From contig JAFSCS010000040.1 of assembly GCA_017436675.1 (NCBI GenBank), positions 17,352-81,351 on the forward strand: DNA of 64,000 nucleotides. The letters are read 5' to 3'. Source of the stretch: Clostridia bacterium (GTDB taxonomy: Bacteria; Bacillota; Clostridia; Oscillospirales; CAG-382). The translations under genes were made by a program, and so were the position numbers. Below the pieces are notes generated by a model. The model was not told the origin of the DNA. It saw only the letters and a program-made list of their open reading frames with translations, and made no database searches. This document shows positions 9,248 through 20,883 of this stretch, one piece after another (position 1 is the stretch's first letter; every line of letters begins with the position of its first letter).

Positions 9248-11638
9248 ATGAAAAGACCGTTTTGTTTTATTTTAGCTTTAGCTTTTCTTTTTGGGTGCTT
9301 TTCGACGGTATGTATTGCATCGGAATTTGGTGTTTTTGACATTGGCGGCTACAACGTTACCGCAAGGACAGCCGGAGTTTATTTGTTCGACCATTATTTC
9401 GGTAGCTCTACCTTGACGAAGGGCGAGGTTTTGGAATTCGTTATTGAGGATGGTACTATTTCAGAGATACACGAAGGCAACTGTGCGATACCGAGGTATG
9501 GTTACGTTATTTCGGTTCGAGGCAAGGAGCTTATTGGGAAGCTTTCCGAGCTTGTAGTCGGTGACGTTCTTATCGTTGACAAGAACGCTATGACTGTGAC
9601 TGTTCCGAACGAAGAATATTCTCCGTTTTTCGAGAAGAGCGTTAAGTTCAAGGGGTACAACTCCACGCGTGTTGCGGATTCTATTATCGTTTATAATAAA
9701 GGCGAGAGCACGAAAACGAACATTTGGGGTAATGAGGCTGTCGTTGATTCGAACGGATACGTTATTTCCGTCGGTGGAAACGACAACGCTATTCCGGAGG
9801 GTGGTTTTGTTGTCAGTGCTGTTGGAGCAAGCAGGATCGCCGAGCTTAACGAGGCGGCTGCTATCGGGTTGAAGGCGATCATTGATGACAAGGCGAAGAC
9901 AGTTACGTTTTATTATAACGAAGAAAGCATTATTGCTTCGATGGAGATAAAGCATGCTGATGCTTTGGAGCAGTTCAAGGATGCAACCGAGAATTTTGCT
10001 ATTATTGACAGGGATGCTGCTGAAAAATACTTGAAGAAGCTCAGCGAGCTGGTCGACGCTGCAAAGAAGGCTATTGCCGACAATAACACAGCAAAGGCGA
10101 TCGCACTTTCAAAGACATTTGAGCAATATTATGAAGAGGGTTATCTTTATCTTTCTGAAAGTCCCGCGGTCGAGGGACGCGCGATGTGGTTGAGACCGAC
10201 GGGTATGAACACGAAGAGCGACGTCCAAAAGAAGGTCGAGGAGATAAAGGGGCTCGGATTTAACATCATTTGTCTTGAATTATTTTTTGACAGTACTTTT
10301 ATTTGTCCGATGCCGGAGGAGAGTCTCGTTATTCACAATCCTTCGTTCAAGGGGTTTGACGTTTTGGACGCTTTTATTGAGGAGTGTGCATCTCAAGGCA
10401 TTGAGCTACAAGGCTGGCTTCCCGTTTACAGAGTCAGTTATTCCACAAGCACCTACTATAAGGACAGTCTTGCGTTCAAAAAGCCGGAATGGTTATGCAA
10501 GAGCAAAAGCGGAAATGACTACGTCAGAAACGAATATGGCGACGGATATTTTGTTGATCCGTCAAACAAAGAGGCTGAGGATCATTTATTTTCCGTTTAT
10601 GAATACATTTTGAAGAATTACAAGCTGGACGGGCTTCAGCTCGACTACATACGTTATCCCGTCCAAGAAGGTGAAGAATTCGGCTATAACGAAAGCACGA
10701 TCGATGGGTTCACGAAAAAATACGGCACTTCCCCGCTTGGTTTGAGCAAGGGTGATGAGTTGTGGGATGAATGGGTCGAATATCGAGCGGCGTTCGTTAC
10801 GGGATTCGTTGAACGTATAGCATCACTGGTCAAGGAAGTATCACCGAGGACTGCGCTTTCGTGCGACGTTGCACCAAATCTTGCCGATTCAAAGGGCTCT
10901 CATCTTCAAGACGTTGTTAAATGGATGGAAGGCAATACCATTGAGACGGTTTTCCCGATGGCTTACGGCACAAACGTTGTCAAGATGTATGCAAAGCAAA
11001 CAGTTGATGCATTCGGAAATAAAGGGTTTTCGTATATCGGACTCGGAGATTATGGATATGAAGTATTGATAGATCAGATCATTGATTCAAGAGCTATGGG
11101 TGCTGACGGATTTGCTTTCTTCTCATATTCACAATACAATGACGGTAACTATGCGAAATATATTGCAAGCTCGATCTTATCTAACTCTGCTGTATCGCCA
11201 ACATATGATGCTCGCATTGCGGCGATAGAACAACTGAAAACGATCGACACGAGGCTTTCTTTGATCGGCGGATATGACGAAGAGAGAGAAAAGATCGGCG
11301 AGTTTATTTCAAAATTGGAAAAGGAGAAGCTTTCGATGTACGCTGATGAGCTTCTCGGTTACGTTGATCTATTCGATCTGCCAAGCGATGAGGTTGCCAA
11401 ACGTGTGCTTGGGGATGACCTTGAGTTGCTCGTCAAGATCGTGAAGCTTTCCCACGATGACTACAGAGATTTTAAAATTGAAGCTTCAAATGAAAACAGC
11501 ACTGCGACTTCAAGCGACGAGTCGGTTGATGGATCGACCGACGGTGACGGTGAAAAGATCCTCGTTTGGATTATTGTAGGATGTACTCTTTTCGTAGTTG
11601 CAGCAATCATATTCATATTCTTGAAAAAGAAGAAATAA
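9248..11638 (+). CDS. Glycoside hydrolase-like family 10 (GHL10/DUF187, YngK-like) secreted protein with a C-terminal TM anchor
   Basis: In-frame ATG at 9248 gives the signal peptide MKRPFCFILALAFLFGCFSTVCIA. The TIM-barrel-like core has AMWLRPTG...GFNIICLELFFDS...DGLQLDYIRYP. The C-terminal TM is ILVWIIVGCTLFVVAAIIFIFLKKKK. The ORF-track start at 9074 overlaps the previous gene and is rejected. Confidence 0.75.
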   Translation: MKRPFCFILALAFLFGCFSTVCIASEFGVFDIGGYNVTARTAGVYLFDHYFGSSTLTKGEVLEFVIEDGTISEIHEGNCAIPRYGYVISVRGKELIGKLSELVVGDVLIVDKNAMTVTVPNEEYSPFFEKSVKFKGYNSTRVADSIIVYNKGESTKTNIWGNEAVVDSNGYVISVGGNDNAIPEGGFVVSAVGASRIAELNEAAAIGLKAIIDDKAKTVTFYYNEESIIASMEIKHADALEQFKDATENFAIIDRDAAEKYLKKLSELVDAAKKAIADNNTAKAIALSKTFEQYYEEGYLYLSESPAVEGRAMWLRPTGMNTKSDVQKKVEEIKGLGFNIICLELFFDSTFICPMPEESLVIHNPSFKGFDVLDAFIEECASQGIELQGWLPVYRVSYSTSTYYKDSLAFKKPEWLCKSKSGNDYVRNEYGDGYFVDPSNKEAEDHLFSVYEYILKNYKLDGLQLDYIRYPVQEGEEFGYNESTIDGFTKKYGTSPLGLSKGDELWDEWVEYRAAFVTGFVERIASLVKEVSPRTALSCDVAPNLADSKGSHLQDVVKWMEGNTIETVFPMAYGTNVVKMYAKQTVDAFGNKGFSYIGLGDYGYEVLIDQIIDSRAMGADGFAFFSYSQYNDGNYAKYIASSILSNSAVSPTYDARIAAIEQLKTIDTRLSLIGGYDEEREKIGEFISKLEKEKLSMYADELLGYVDLFDLPSDEVAKRVLGDDLELLVKIVKLSHDDYRDFKIEASNENSTATSSDESVDGSTDGDGEKILVWIIVGCTLFVVAAIIFIFLKKKK

Positions 11639-11644
11639 TAGACA

Positions 11645-11685
11645 AAACTCATCAGCATATTTTTGCTGATGAGTTTATTTTCGTC
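11645..11685 (+). terminator. Rho-independent terminator
   Basis: Stem aaactcatcagca / tgctgatgagttt followed by attttcg. Confidence 0.75.
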
Positions 11686-11754
11686 ATTTTGTTGATTGAC
11701 TTTAGCTTGCTATTATAGTATTATATAATACAGATTTTTGGAAGGTATGCCTTT

Positions 11755-12540
11755 ATGAGAAGAATTATTGATACTCACACACATATTTTTCCCGATAGTG
11801 TTGCCGAAAGGGCAAGTAACAATATCGGTACTTATTATAATATGCCGATGGAATGCAACGGCAAGGTATCCACTTTATTTGAGCAAGCACCTCATATTTC
11901 TTATTTTGTTGTTTCATCCGCGGCGACTAATCCGTTACACGTTCAAAAAGGTAATGATTTCATTTTGAACAGCGCGAAGGAAAACGCTTGCTTTATTCCG
12001 TTTTGCTCGGTGCATCCTTCGGCTGAAGGTATGATCGAGGAGCTTGAACGAATTTCACGTTGCGGTGCTAAGGGGATCAAGATACATCCCGATTTTCAAC
12101 ATTTTGACATTGACGACCCGAGGATGATCCCGCTTTACAAAAAGATGGCTGAGCTTCATCTTGTCGTTTTATTTCACGTTGGAGATGAATTTTCCGACGC
12201 ATCGTCACCGAGAAGGCTTTTAAACGTCATTAATGAAGTTCCCGAGTTGACGGTTATTGCGGCACATATGGGTGGCTATCAAGCTTGGGATGAAGCTGAG
12301 AAGCTTTTATATGGATGCAACGTATATTTTGATACGTCCGATGCATTGATGTGTTTGCCGCGTGAACGGGTTCTCAAGCAGCTTCGCAACCATCCTATTG
12401 AAAAGATATTATTCGGAAGTGATTTCCCTCTCGTATCTCCCAAGACAGCTTTTGAGCTTTTTGATTCGCTGCCCTTGACCGAGGAAGAGAAAAATATGAT
12501 CTATTTTGAAAATGCGGCAAGGCTTTTTGGGATCGGCTAA
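11755..12540 (+). CDS. Amidohydrolase-family metal-dependent hydrolase (TIM barrel)
   Basis: IDTHTHIFP at the N-terminus, plus later HMGG and GSDFP motifs typical of Amidohydro_2-type proteins. Confidence 0.75.
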   Translation: MRRIIDTHTHIFPDSVAERASNNIGTYYNMPMECNGKVSTLFEQAPHISYFVVSSAATNPLHVQKGNDFILNSAKENACFIPFCSVHPSAEGMIEELERISRCGAKGIKIHPDFQHFDIDDPRMIPLYKKMAELHLVVLFHVGDEFSDASSPRRLLNVINEVPELTVIAAHMGGYQAWDEAEKLLYGCNVYFDTSDALMCLPRERVLKQLRNHPIEKILFGSDFPLVSPKTAFELFDSLPLTEEEKNMIYFENAARLFGIG

Positions 12541-13739
12541 AAGACGTTCGTCAGGCATTCCCATATATTTTTGAGCATTGTCAGCAGGTCCATTCGCTCG
12601 ACGTCCTCACAGACGGTTATCGGTGTGTTTCCGACCTCCGTTCCGTTTATATAATAACGCACAACACCGACTATATCACCCGTTTTTATCGGTGCTTCCA
12701 CATTCTCTTTTACTTCAAATTTTGTTTCTACGGCACTCTTTCCCTTTTCTGTCAGCAGACTGCTGTCGTCATAGGTGAGACGTGCCGTACTCTTTTTTCC
12801 GTGAAGGACGTTTATCGGCTCTATCGTCAGTCTTTCGGGAGTTGTTATCATATAGTTCGCGAACCCGTAATCAAGGAGCTGCTTTGCGCAAGAAAAACGA
12901 TCGTCACTCGTTTCTCCGCCGAGAACTACTGCTATCAGTTGCATATTATCGCGCTTTGCGGTCGCACTCAAGCAAAATTTTGCTTTTGAGGTATAACCCG
13001 TTTTCATTCCGGTCGCTCCGTTATAGAAGCGGATGAGCTTATTGGTGTTAGCAAGCCCGAAGGCACCGTTTCTTATCGTATCCATCCAGATGGTCGTATA
13101 TTTGAAGATATCCTCGTGCTTCATCAGCTCTCGTGTCATCAAGGCGACGTCGTATGCACTTGACAGATGGCCTTCCGCATCAAGCCCGTTAGTGTTGACA
13201 AAAAATGTGTCATTCATTCCGAGGACGGTTGCCTTCTCGTTCATCGCATTGACAAACGAGGATTCGCTACCGTATATATGCTCGGCAAGGGCAAGAGTCG
13301 CATCGTTAGCTGAAGATACAACGAGAGATTTCAACAGATCCTCGACGCTCATCGTTTCGTTTGGCTCAAGAAATATTTGGCTTCCGCCCATTGATGCGGC
13401 GTGTTCGCTGACGGTAACTTGGTCGGTATATTTGATCCTTCCGCTATCGATCGCCTCCATCACGAGCAAGGTAGACATAATTTTCGTCACAGATGCTATC
13501 GGGAGCTTTTCGTGTTCATTTTTGTTATAGAGGATCTTTCCGGTCGAGTATTCCATCAGTATTGAGCTTTTTACCTTTTGGTCGCCGCTGAATTCTGCCA
13601 TCGTTTCGTTCGTTTCATACCAATAGTCCTCTGTCGGATAGTAGACGGGATATATTTCGGCTGTTTCAGATGCGTTAACTGCCGTAATAAGCGACGTCAA
13701 CAACAAGATTATTAATAACGCTATGATCGATCTTTTCAT
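12537..13739 (-). CDS. D-alanyl-D-alanine carboxypeptidase (S11 family, PBP5/DacB-like)
   Basis: Signal peptide, then SVTK (SxxK), SSAND (SxN) and KTGYT (KTG) motifs in the correct order. Confidence 0.9.
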   Translation of the reverse strand: MKRSIIALLIILLLTSLITAVNASETAEIYPVYYPTEDYWYETNETMAEFSGDQKVKSSILMEYSTGKILYNKNEHEKLPIASVTKIMSTLLVMEAIDSGRIKYTDQVTVSEHAASMGGSQIFLEPNETMSVEDLLKSLVVSSANDATLALAEHIYGSESSFVNAMNEKATVLGMNDTFFVNTNGLDAEGHLSSAYDVALMTRELMKHEDIFKYTTIWMDTIRNGAFGLANTNKLIRFYNGATGMKTGYTSKAKFCLSATAKRDNMQLIAVVLGGETSDDRFSCAKQLLDYGFANYMITTPERLTIEPINVLHGKKSTARLTYDDSSLLTEKGKSAVETKFEVKENVEAPIKTGDIVGVVRYYINGTEVGNTPITVCEDVERMDLLTMLKNIWECLTNVF

Positions 13740-13766
13740 TTTGATCTCACCTTTCTTTTATTTAAA

Positions 13767-13802
13767 ATGACCTGTCTCGTTAAAATATATGAGACAGGTC
13801 AT
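13767..13802 (-). terminator. Terminator after the Clp ATPase gene
   Basis: Perfect hairpin atgacctgtctc / gagacaggtcat followed by a T-rich run on the minus strand. Confidence 0.7.
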
Positions 13803-13809
13803 TATATTA

Positions 13810-15945
13810 TTACAGCGTTATTTTATCACCGCGCTTCAGCTTTCCGTTGAGGATATCCGCGGCTATCGGTTGTTCAACTGTACGACGGATCTCGTTTTTC
13901 AGGCTTCTTGCGCCTTTTTTCGTTTTACAGCTTTGTGCCAATCGTTTTAAAAGCATATCGTCATAGCTCAAGGTATAGCCTTTTTCGCAAAGTCTTGCCG
14001 ATAGGTCGCTCAGACAATTCGCTGCGATGGTTTCGAGTGCATTTTTGGAAAGAGGCTCAAACCACACTATCTCGTCGATACGATCGAGCAGCTCAACGGA
14101 CATAAAGCTGAGTCTTTCGCGTTCGTTGTTATCGAAGCCGATCGACGAGGAACGAGCACACTCGTTTGCCGTCATAATGATTATTGTGTTCCGAAAGCAG
14201 ATGTGGCGGCCTATTGAATCGGTCAGCATTCCGCTATCCAATATTTGCAAAAGCAGAGAGAGGACCTCGGGAGATGCTTTTTCTATCTCGTCGAAAAGAA
14301 CGACACAATAGGGTGTTTTTCTTACGAAGTCTCCGAGTATACATCGTTCACCATAGCCGACGTATCCCGCTGATGCGCCGATCAATCGGCTGACGGAGTT
14401 CGGCTCGGTATATTCGGACATATCAAGACGAAGAAGCGCGTTCTCACCGAACATTGCATCCGAAAGCACTCGTGCGGTCTCTGTTTTTCCGACTCCCGAA
14501 TCGCCGCAAAGCAGGAAGGACGCTATCGGTCCGTCGCATTTTCCGACGCCCGAGTGCGATCGGCGTATCGCGTCACATATTTTAGTTATTGCAGCCTTTT
14601 GTCCGACTATCGATCTTTGGATGGTCGAATCGAGCATCGTCAGCTTTTTATTTTCATCGATGCTCGCAACGGGGATCCCTGTCATCAGCTCAACTGTTTT
14701 TTCAATATCCTGCGGTGTCACAAGCAATTCTCCGAGCACGCTTTTTCTCGCCGCAGATTCGTCAAGCAGATCGATGGCTTTATCGGGAAGCTGTTTATCG
14801 TAGATATATCTAACTGAAAGCTCTACTGCCGATCTTATAGACTCGTTCGTGAACGTTACGTTATGGTGGTTTTCATAGTAGGTCTTTATTCCGTTCAGGA
14901 TATCGACACATTGCTCCTTTGATGGCTCATTGACGGTTATACTTTGGAAGCGACGGTCAAGGGCGGCATCGCGCTCGATCGTTTTTCGGTATTCCTCAAG
15001 TGTTGTTGCTCCGATCACCTGCACCTCACCGCGCGCAAGTGATGGTTTTAGGATATTTGAGGCGTCGACAGCACCTTCTGCCGCACCCGCTCCGACCATT
15101 GTGTGTATCTCGTCGACAAAAAGGATTATATTTCCGTCATCCTTGATCTCGTTTATTATCATTTTCATCTTCTCCTCGAACTCGCCTCTGTATTTTGTCC
15201 CGGCGACGAGAACGGACATATCAAGTGAAAAAATTCGCTTTTGCTTCAATCTTTCGGGGACTTTTCCCTCCACTATACGACAAGCGATGGATTCCGCTAT
15301 TGCTGTTTTTCCTACCCCTGCTTCTCCTATCAAAAGCGGGTTATTCTTTCTTCGGCGAAGCAAGATCCTTATTAATCGTTCTTCCTCCTTTTCGCGACCT
15401 ATCACTATATCGAGTTCGCCGCGTTTTGCCAGATCGTTCAGGTCTCTTCCGTGTTTTTTTAACGTCATTATTTTTTCGTCGCTATCGATTCTTGTTATCT
15501 GCATATCATACCTTTCCTTTGAAAGCAAGCTGTCGATCGTTATATATAACTCTGAGAGTCTTATTCCGTTTTTTTGCAAAATTGCGGATGCCTCACACTC
15601 TTCCCCCAATATTGCCATTAATATATGGAGTGGGCCTATACTCGGTGCATTGAAGTCGTCAGCTTCGATCGATGCCCGTTTCAAAAGGCGTTTGCATCTC
15701 GGAGTAAGATCGGAAAAGCCGACGTTTGTTTCTTTCGTCGAGCCCGACCGATCGACGAGCATGGCTTTTATCTTTTGTTGACTCAAGCCTCGCTCCCAAA
15801 GAAGTCGCTCGCAAACGGAGCCTTTTTCACCGAGAAGTGCCAAAAGGATATGCTCACTTCCGACGTAGGTATGCCCCATTGAGCGAGATATTGAAAGCGA
15901 GGATTCTATTATCTTTTTTCCTTCTTCGGAAAAACTGCTGCTCAC
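13810..15945 (-). CDS. Clp/Hsp100 AAA+ ATPase (ClpA/ClpC family, two NBDs, short form)
   Basis: Clp_N repeats are at the N-terminus. D1 has Walker A GEAGVGKTAIAE and Walker B ILFVDEIH. D2 has GDSGVGKTE and VVLFDEIEKA. An IGF-type ClpP-docking loop (SSSIGFD) is present. GTG start with an AAGGAG RBS. Confidence 0.9.
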   Translation of the reverse strand: MSSSFSEEGKKIIESSLSISRSMGHTYVGSEHILLALLGEKGSVCERLLWERGLSQQKIKAMLVDRSGSTKETNVGFSDLTPRCKRLLKRASIEADDFNAPSIGPLHILMAILGEECEASAILQKNGIRLSELYITIDSLLSKERYDMQITRIDSDEKIMTLKKHGRDLNDLAKRGELDIVIGREKEEERLIRILLRRRKNNPLLIGEAGVGKTAIAESIACRIVEGKVPERLKQKRIFSLDMSVLVAGTKYRGEFEEKMKMIINEIKDDGNIILFVDEIHTMVGAGAAEGAVDASNILKPSLARGEVQVIGATTLEEYRKTIERDAALDRRFQSITVNEPSKEQCVDILNGIKTYYENHHNVTFTNESIRSAVELSVRYIYDKQLPDKAIDLLDESAARKSVLGELLVTPQDIEKTVELMTGIPVASIDENKKLTMLDSTIQRSIVGQKAAITKICDAIRRSHSGVGKCDGPIASFLLCGDSGVGKTETARVLSDAMFGENALLRLDMSEYTEPNSVSRLIGASAGYVGYGERCILGDFVRKTPYCVVLFDEIEKASPEVLSLLLQILDSGMLTDSIGRHICFRNTIIIMTANECARSSSIGFDNNERERLSFMSVELLDRIDEIVWFEPLSKNALETIAANCLSDLSARLCEKGYTLSYDDMLLKRLAQSCKTKKGARSLKNEIRRTVEQPIAADILNGKLKRGDKITL

Positions 15946-16093
15946 CTTTGATCTCCTTTTTTGTCTTCTTTATTTATGTTATGAAAAATTAAATAAAATG
16001 TGATATTTGCTATTTTCAAATCGGTATTTTTATGATATAATACAATTGATGACAGATATTTCTGTTTTTTTAGAATTTTGAGGAGGGCATTTT

Positions 16094-16750
16094 ATGCGCG
16101 AGGAACAAAAGAATACCGCCAACATCAAATCGCCTTCTGACGAGTTGGCGAAAAAACGTGCTCGATCGGTTTCAGCCAACAAGAAAAAGATCCTTCGTCA
16201 AAGGAAGATCGAGCGGATCAAAGCTTTACTTTTTGTATTTTTGACCTTTTATTTTGCCATTATTCTCATATCTTCCGTGATTTTTTTCGTCAAGCTAACG
16301 CGCGGTCCCGAGGCAGTCAAAAAATGCGGGCTGGCTATTCAATATACTGAAAGCTCAAAGTTGACTTACTCTGCTGACGAGGTTTTTATCGGAGGTTCTC
16401 TATATATTCCTTACGAAGGGTTCTCGAAGCTTTATCCTGCCGTTTTGACGGGAAATTCAAACCAGATCACAATTATTCTTTCCTCGGGAAACGATTATTG
16501 TACCCTTTATAAAGACTCGAGATTTATTTATATCGGCAACGTTCAATTTGCTCTTGAGAATCCCGTTTTGTTTTTGGAGAATGATTATTACATTCCTTTC
16601 GAGGTATTTGAAAAGTATATTAACGGGTTAGAAATTTCATTTGATTCCAGACGCGGCAGGTACGTTATCTCCGCGACCGAAGAGCCGATCTCGTTTATCG
16701 GCAAATTCCAAGAGTTACCCGAGCACATCAAGGTTACTGATATTCCTTAA
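16094..16750 (+). CDS. Membrane-anchored hypothetical protein
   Basis: Strong RBS (GGAGGG). Basic N-terminus, one TM helix (ALLFVFLTFYFAIILISSVIFFV), then a beta-rich extracytoplasmic domain. Confidence 0.6.
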   Translation: MREEQKNTANIKSPSDELAKKRARSVSANKKKILRQRKIERIKALLFVFLTFYFAIILISSVIFFVKLTRGPEAVKKCGLAIQYTESSKLTYSADEVFIGGSLYIPYEGFSKLYPAVLTGNSNQITIILSSGNDYCTLYKDSRFIYIGNVQFALENPVLFLENDYYIPFEVFEKYINGLEISFDSRRGRYVISATEEPISFIGKFQELPEHIKVTDIP

Positions 16751-16769
16751 GTTTTGGCAGGTATTATTT

Positions 16770-18290
16770 ATGTTTCGCGGACGACGTTTATTTAAAGCTG
16801 TTATATTTTTCGTCGTCGGGGATATTGTTGCCCTTATTTGTCCGAAGATCTGCTTTTATATTTGTTTTTGTTGCGCTATTGCACTTTTCGGTGCGGTAGC
16901 GCTTTCTCATTTCAGCAAATACAAGTATATGCAAAAGTATTTTGCTTTTCTTGCATTTGGGTTGATTTGGGGAACGATGTTCAGTTCGTTTGTTTTGGCG
17001 CCCTTCAAGGTGTACGAGGGCTCTCGGACCGAGATATGCGGGTACGTTACCGAGGTCAACACGATGAACGATTCCTTCACCTTGAGTGTTAAGGACGAGA
17101 GGCTTTTGCCGTTTCGCTTCAATGCTAAGCTTTATAGCGACGAAAAGACGGCTGCTTCGATCAAAAAAGGCGATCGTTTGGCTGTTGTAGTCGACTGCGG
17201 CAGTGCGACGGAAAAGAGATATTTATTAGCTGACAGATGTTATATTCAAGGACAAGCTGTCAGCATTGAGGAATGTGAGGTTGAGATCACGGCTTTCGAT
17301 TCGTTTTTTCTTTCGGTCAGGTCTGTAATTGATGATTCGCTTCGCAACGCTTTGGGTGATGGTGACGAATATGGACTTGCATCGAGCATTCTTGTCGGAG
17401 ATCAAACGAGTATATCTGCCGAATTAAAGGAGGCGTTTCGTAAAACAGGGGCGTCGCACTATTTATCGATCTCCGGACTTCACTTTTCTTTAATCGTTTT
17501 GGCGTGTTATTTTGTTGTTTTGAGAACTACGTCGAGCTACAAGGCTGCTTGTATCGTTTCGTTGATCGTAATATTTTTATATATGCCGATCCCTTCTTTT
17601 ACGCCGCCCGTTGTACGTTCTGCTTTTATTTCCGTTTTCCTGTTTATTACGAGGTTACTGAAACTAAAAAGTGACACTGTTACTTCAATGTCACTTTCGC
17701 TTTTAATTATTCTATTATTTAATCCCGCCGCGATATTGTCGATCGGTCTGCAATTATCTTATTGTGCTACTCTCGGCATTATCTATTCCGACGCGATATC
17801 ACCTGAGATCGCCCTCGAGAACAGGCACGGCTCGCATTTCAAACGTTTTTTGAGATACATTCAGCTCAGCTTTAAGGTCAGCACACTCGCTTTAGTCTTC
17901 ACGACACCGATAGTGCTTTTGAATTTCGGTTCGTTCTCGATATTCTCACCGCTTTTCAATTTATTGCTTTCGCCGATATTTTCCGTTGTCTTGATCTGTG
18001 CGATAATTATTGCTTTTCTATCATTTCTATTTCCTACGCTTTCGCTTTACATTATTTGGATATTCGAACTGCCGCTTCGGCTTTTCAACGAGATCGTCAA
18101 GTTTTTTGGTGAGTTTCCCTTCGTTTTGACTGATGCTCAAGGAAAGCTTTCGGAAATTTTGAATTACTTGCTTTGTGCAGCGATATTTATCGCGGTTTTG
18201 ACATATGGTCAGAAGCGCGAAAAGGACGGAAAGATATTTTTGTTTTTATCTTGGGGTTCGGTCGTTGTTGCAGCTCTTTTGGGATTTTAA
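16770..18290 (+). CDS. comEC: ComEC/Rec2-family competence channel protein
   Basis: Polytopic membrane protein with the characteristic GASHYLSISGLHFS motif. Start moved to the in-frame ATG at 16770 to avoid overlapping the upstream gene. Confidence 0.8.
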   Translation: MFRGRRLFKAVIFFVVGDIVALICPKICFYICFCCAIALFGAVALSHFSKYKYMQKYFAFLAFGLIWGTMFSSFVLAPFKVYEGSRTEICGYVTEVNTMNDSFTLSVKDERLLPFRFNAKLYSDEKTAASIKKGDRLAVVVDCGSATEKRYLLADRCYIQGQAVSIEECEVEITAFDSFFLSVRSVIDDSLRNALGDGDEYGLASSILVGDQTSISAELKEAFRKTGASHYLSISGLHFSLIVLACYFVVLRTTSSYKAACIVSLIVIFLYMPIPSFTPPVVRSAFISVFLFITRLLKLKSDTVTSMSLSLLIILLFNPAAILSIGLQLSYCATLGIIYSDAISPEIALENRHGSHFKRFLRYIQLSFKVSTLALVFTTPIVLLNFGSFSIFSPLFNLLLSPIFSVVLICAIIIAFLSFLFPTLSLYIIWIFELPLRLFNEIVKFFGEFPFVLTDAQGKLSEILNYLLCAAIFIAVLTYGQKREKDGKIFLFLSWGSVVVAALLGF

Positions 18291-19259
18291 TAAATTTTCG
18301 ATATGCTCGAGGTATGCATCAACGACGTTTGAAGGCGAGATAACGGTCATTCTTCCTCCGAAGGTAAACACCCATGAGAAAAACGTTGGGCTTACCGCAA
18401 CGCTCACCGTTGTTTCATAGGTATTTTCATCGATCGTTCTTTTTACGATATTCTTTCCGAATTTGTCGATAACTACGCCGATAAGCGTTTTATCAAAGCG
18501 GATCGTTACTTTTGAATCGTCTCCGCCATACATATCAAAGATACGTTTGCTGTATTCGGTCATATCGATATCTGCTATTATTTGATTTCTTTTTTCATCG
18601 ACAACGGAGCAGGATTTCATTTTATCAAGTCGATAGTGACGTATTGATCCGCGAAAATCGTCGATGCCGACAAGGTAATAGAACTCGTTATCCCACCAAA
18701 GTCCCGCAGGCGAAACGACGTAATACTCTCCGTTTCGACGTGGTACAAGCTCAAAGCCATCGTTTTTTTCGGATGCGCACCACTCCATATATTGAAATCT
18801 TATTTTTTTGTTTTCGTTTATTGCTGTATGGATCTCGTCTATTCCATACAATATTGACTCATTCTCGGATTTCAGGCTATATGACGTACGCGAGAGCAAT
18901 TTCTTTTTCGTATAGTTTCCCATCAGCGATGCAAGTTTTTCTTGGATCGTTTTCGTTTTCTTTTGGGTTATGAATTTTGATGCTTGTAATGCATCGATGA
19001 GCAGCTTTACCTCTGCTTGTTCGAATTGTCGTGTATTTATACAATACCCGCCGTTCTTTCCGTTTTGATGCTCTATATCGCAACCAAACTGTTCGAGTGC
19101 CTTCAAATCCGAATATACGCTCTTTCGCTCTGCAGGTATTCCTCTTGCTTCGAGCTTTTCAAGTATTTGTTCCATCGAAAGATAGTGCTCGATATCGCTT
19201 TCTTCTTCCAAGATCTCCTTCAGATGTAGTATTTTCAGTTTTGAAAATTCACCTTTCAT
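18246..19259 (-). CDS. HTH + WYL-domain transcriptional regulator
   Basis: N-terminal winged HTH (ILEKLEARGIPAERKSVYSDLKAL). Central WYL-like region (FYYLVGIDDFRGSIRHYRLDKM). C-terminal WCX-like domain. Confidence 0.7.
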   Translation of the reverse strand: MKGEFSKLKILHLKEILEEESDIEHYLSMEQILEKLEARGIPAERKSVYSDLKALEQFGCDIEHQNGKNGGYCINTRQFEQAEVKLLIDALQASKFITQKKTKTIQEKLASLMGNYTKKKLLSRTSYSLKSENESILYGIDEIHTAINENKKIRFQYMEWCASEKNDGFELVPRRNGEYYVVSPAGLWWDNEFYYLVGIDDFRGSIRHYRLDKMKSCSVVDEKRNQIIADIDMTEYSKRIFDMYGGDDSKVTIRFDKTLIGVVIDKFGKNIVKRTIDENTYETTVSVAVSPTFFSWVFTFGGRMTVISPSNVVDAYLEHIENLLKSQKSCNNDRTPR

Positions 19260-19281
19260 TTCTTTTTCCTTTCTTTAACGA

Positions 19282-19350
19282 TTACCAATTTCTCGACGTT
19301 AGGCATTCCCAAAGTGTTATAAGCACTACTGCTGACAAAAACCAAGCCAT
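19282..19350 (-). CDS. Candidate 22-aa hydrophobic micro-ORF upstream of the WYL regulator
   Basis: GGAGG lies 8 nt upstream of the ATG. Translation is MAWFLSAVVLITLWECLTSRNW. It ends 22 nt before the regulator start. No other support. Confidence 0.3.
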   Translation of the reverse strand: MAWFLSAVVLITLWECLTSRNW

Positions 19351-19505
19351 TTTCGAAGCCTCCTTGTTTGTTTCTTTCTGGCTTTATTATACCAACAATA
19401 GTGTCCCATAAATAGGACTCGTTTTAATTTATTATAACAATTATTACTTTTTTGTCAACAAAAAAATGCCTGTTCTTTCGAACAAGCATTTTATATTTAG
19501 GTTTA

Positions 19506-20870
<1,365 letters not shown>

Positions 20871-20883
20871 CTATATTTGAGAC

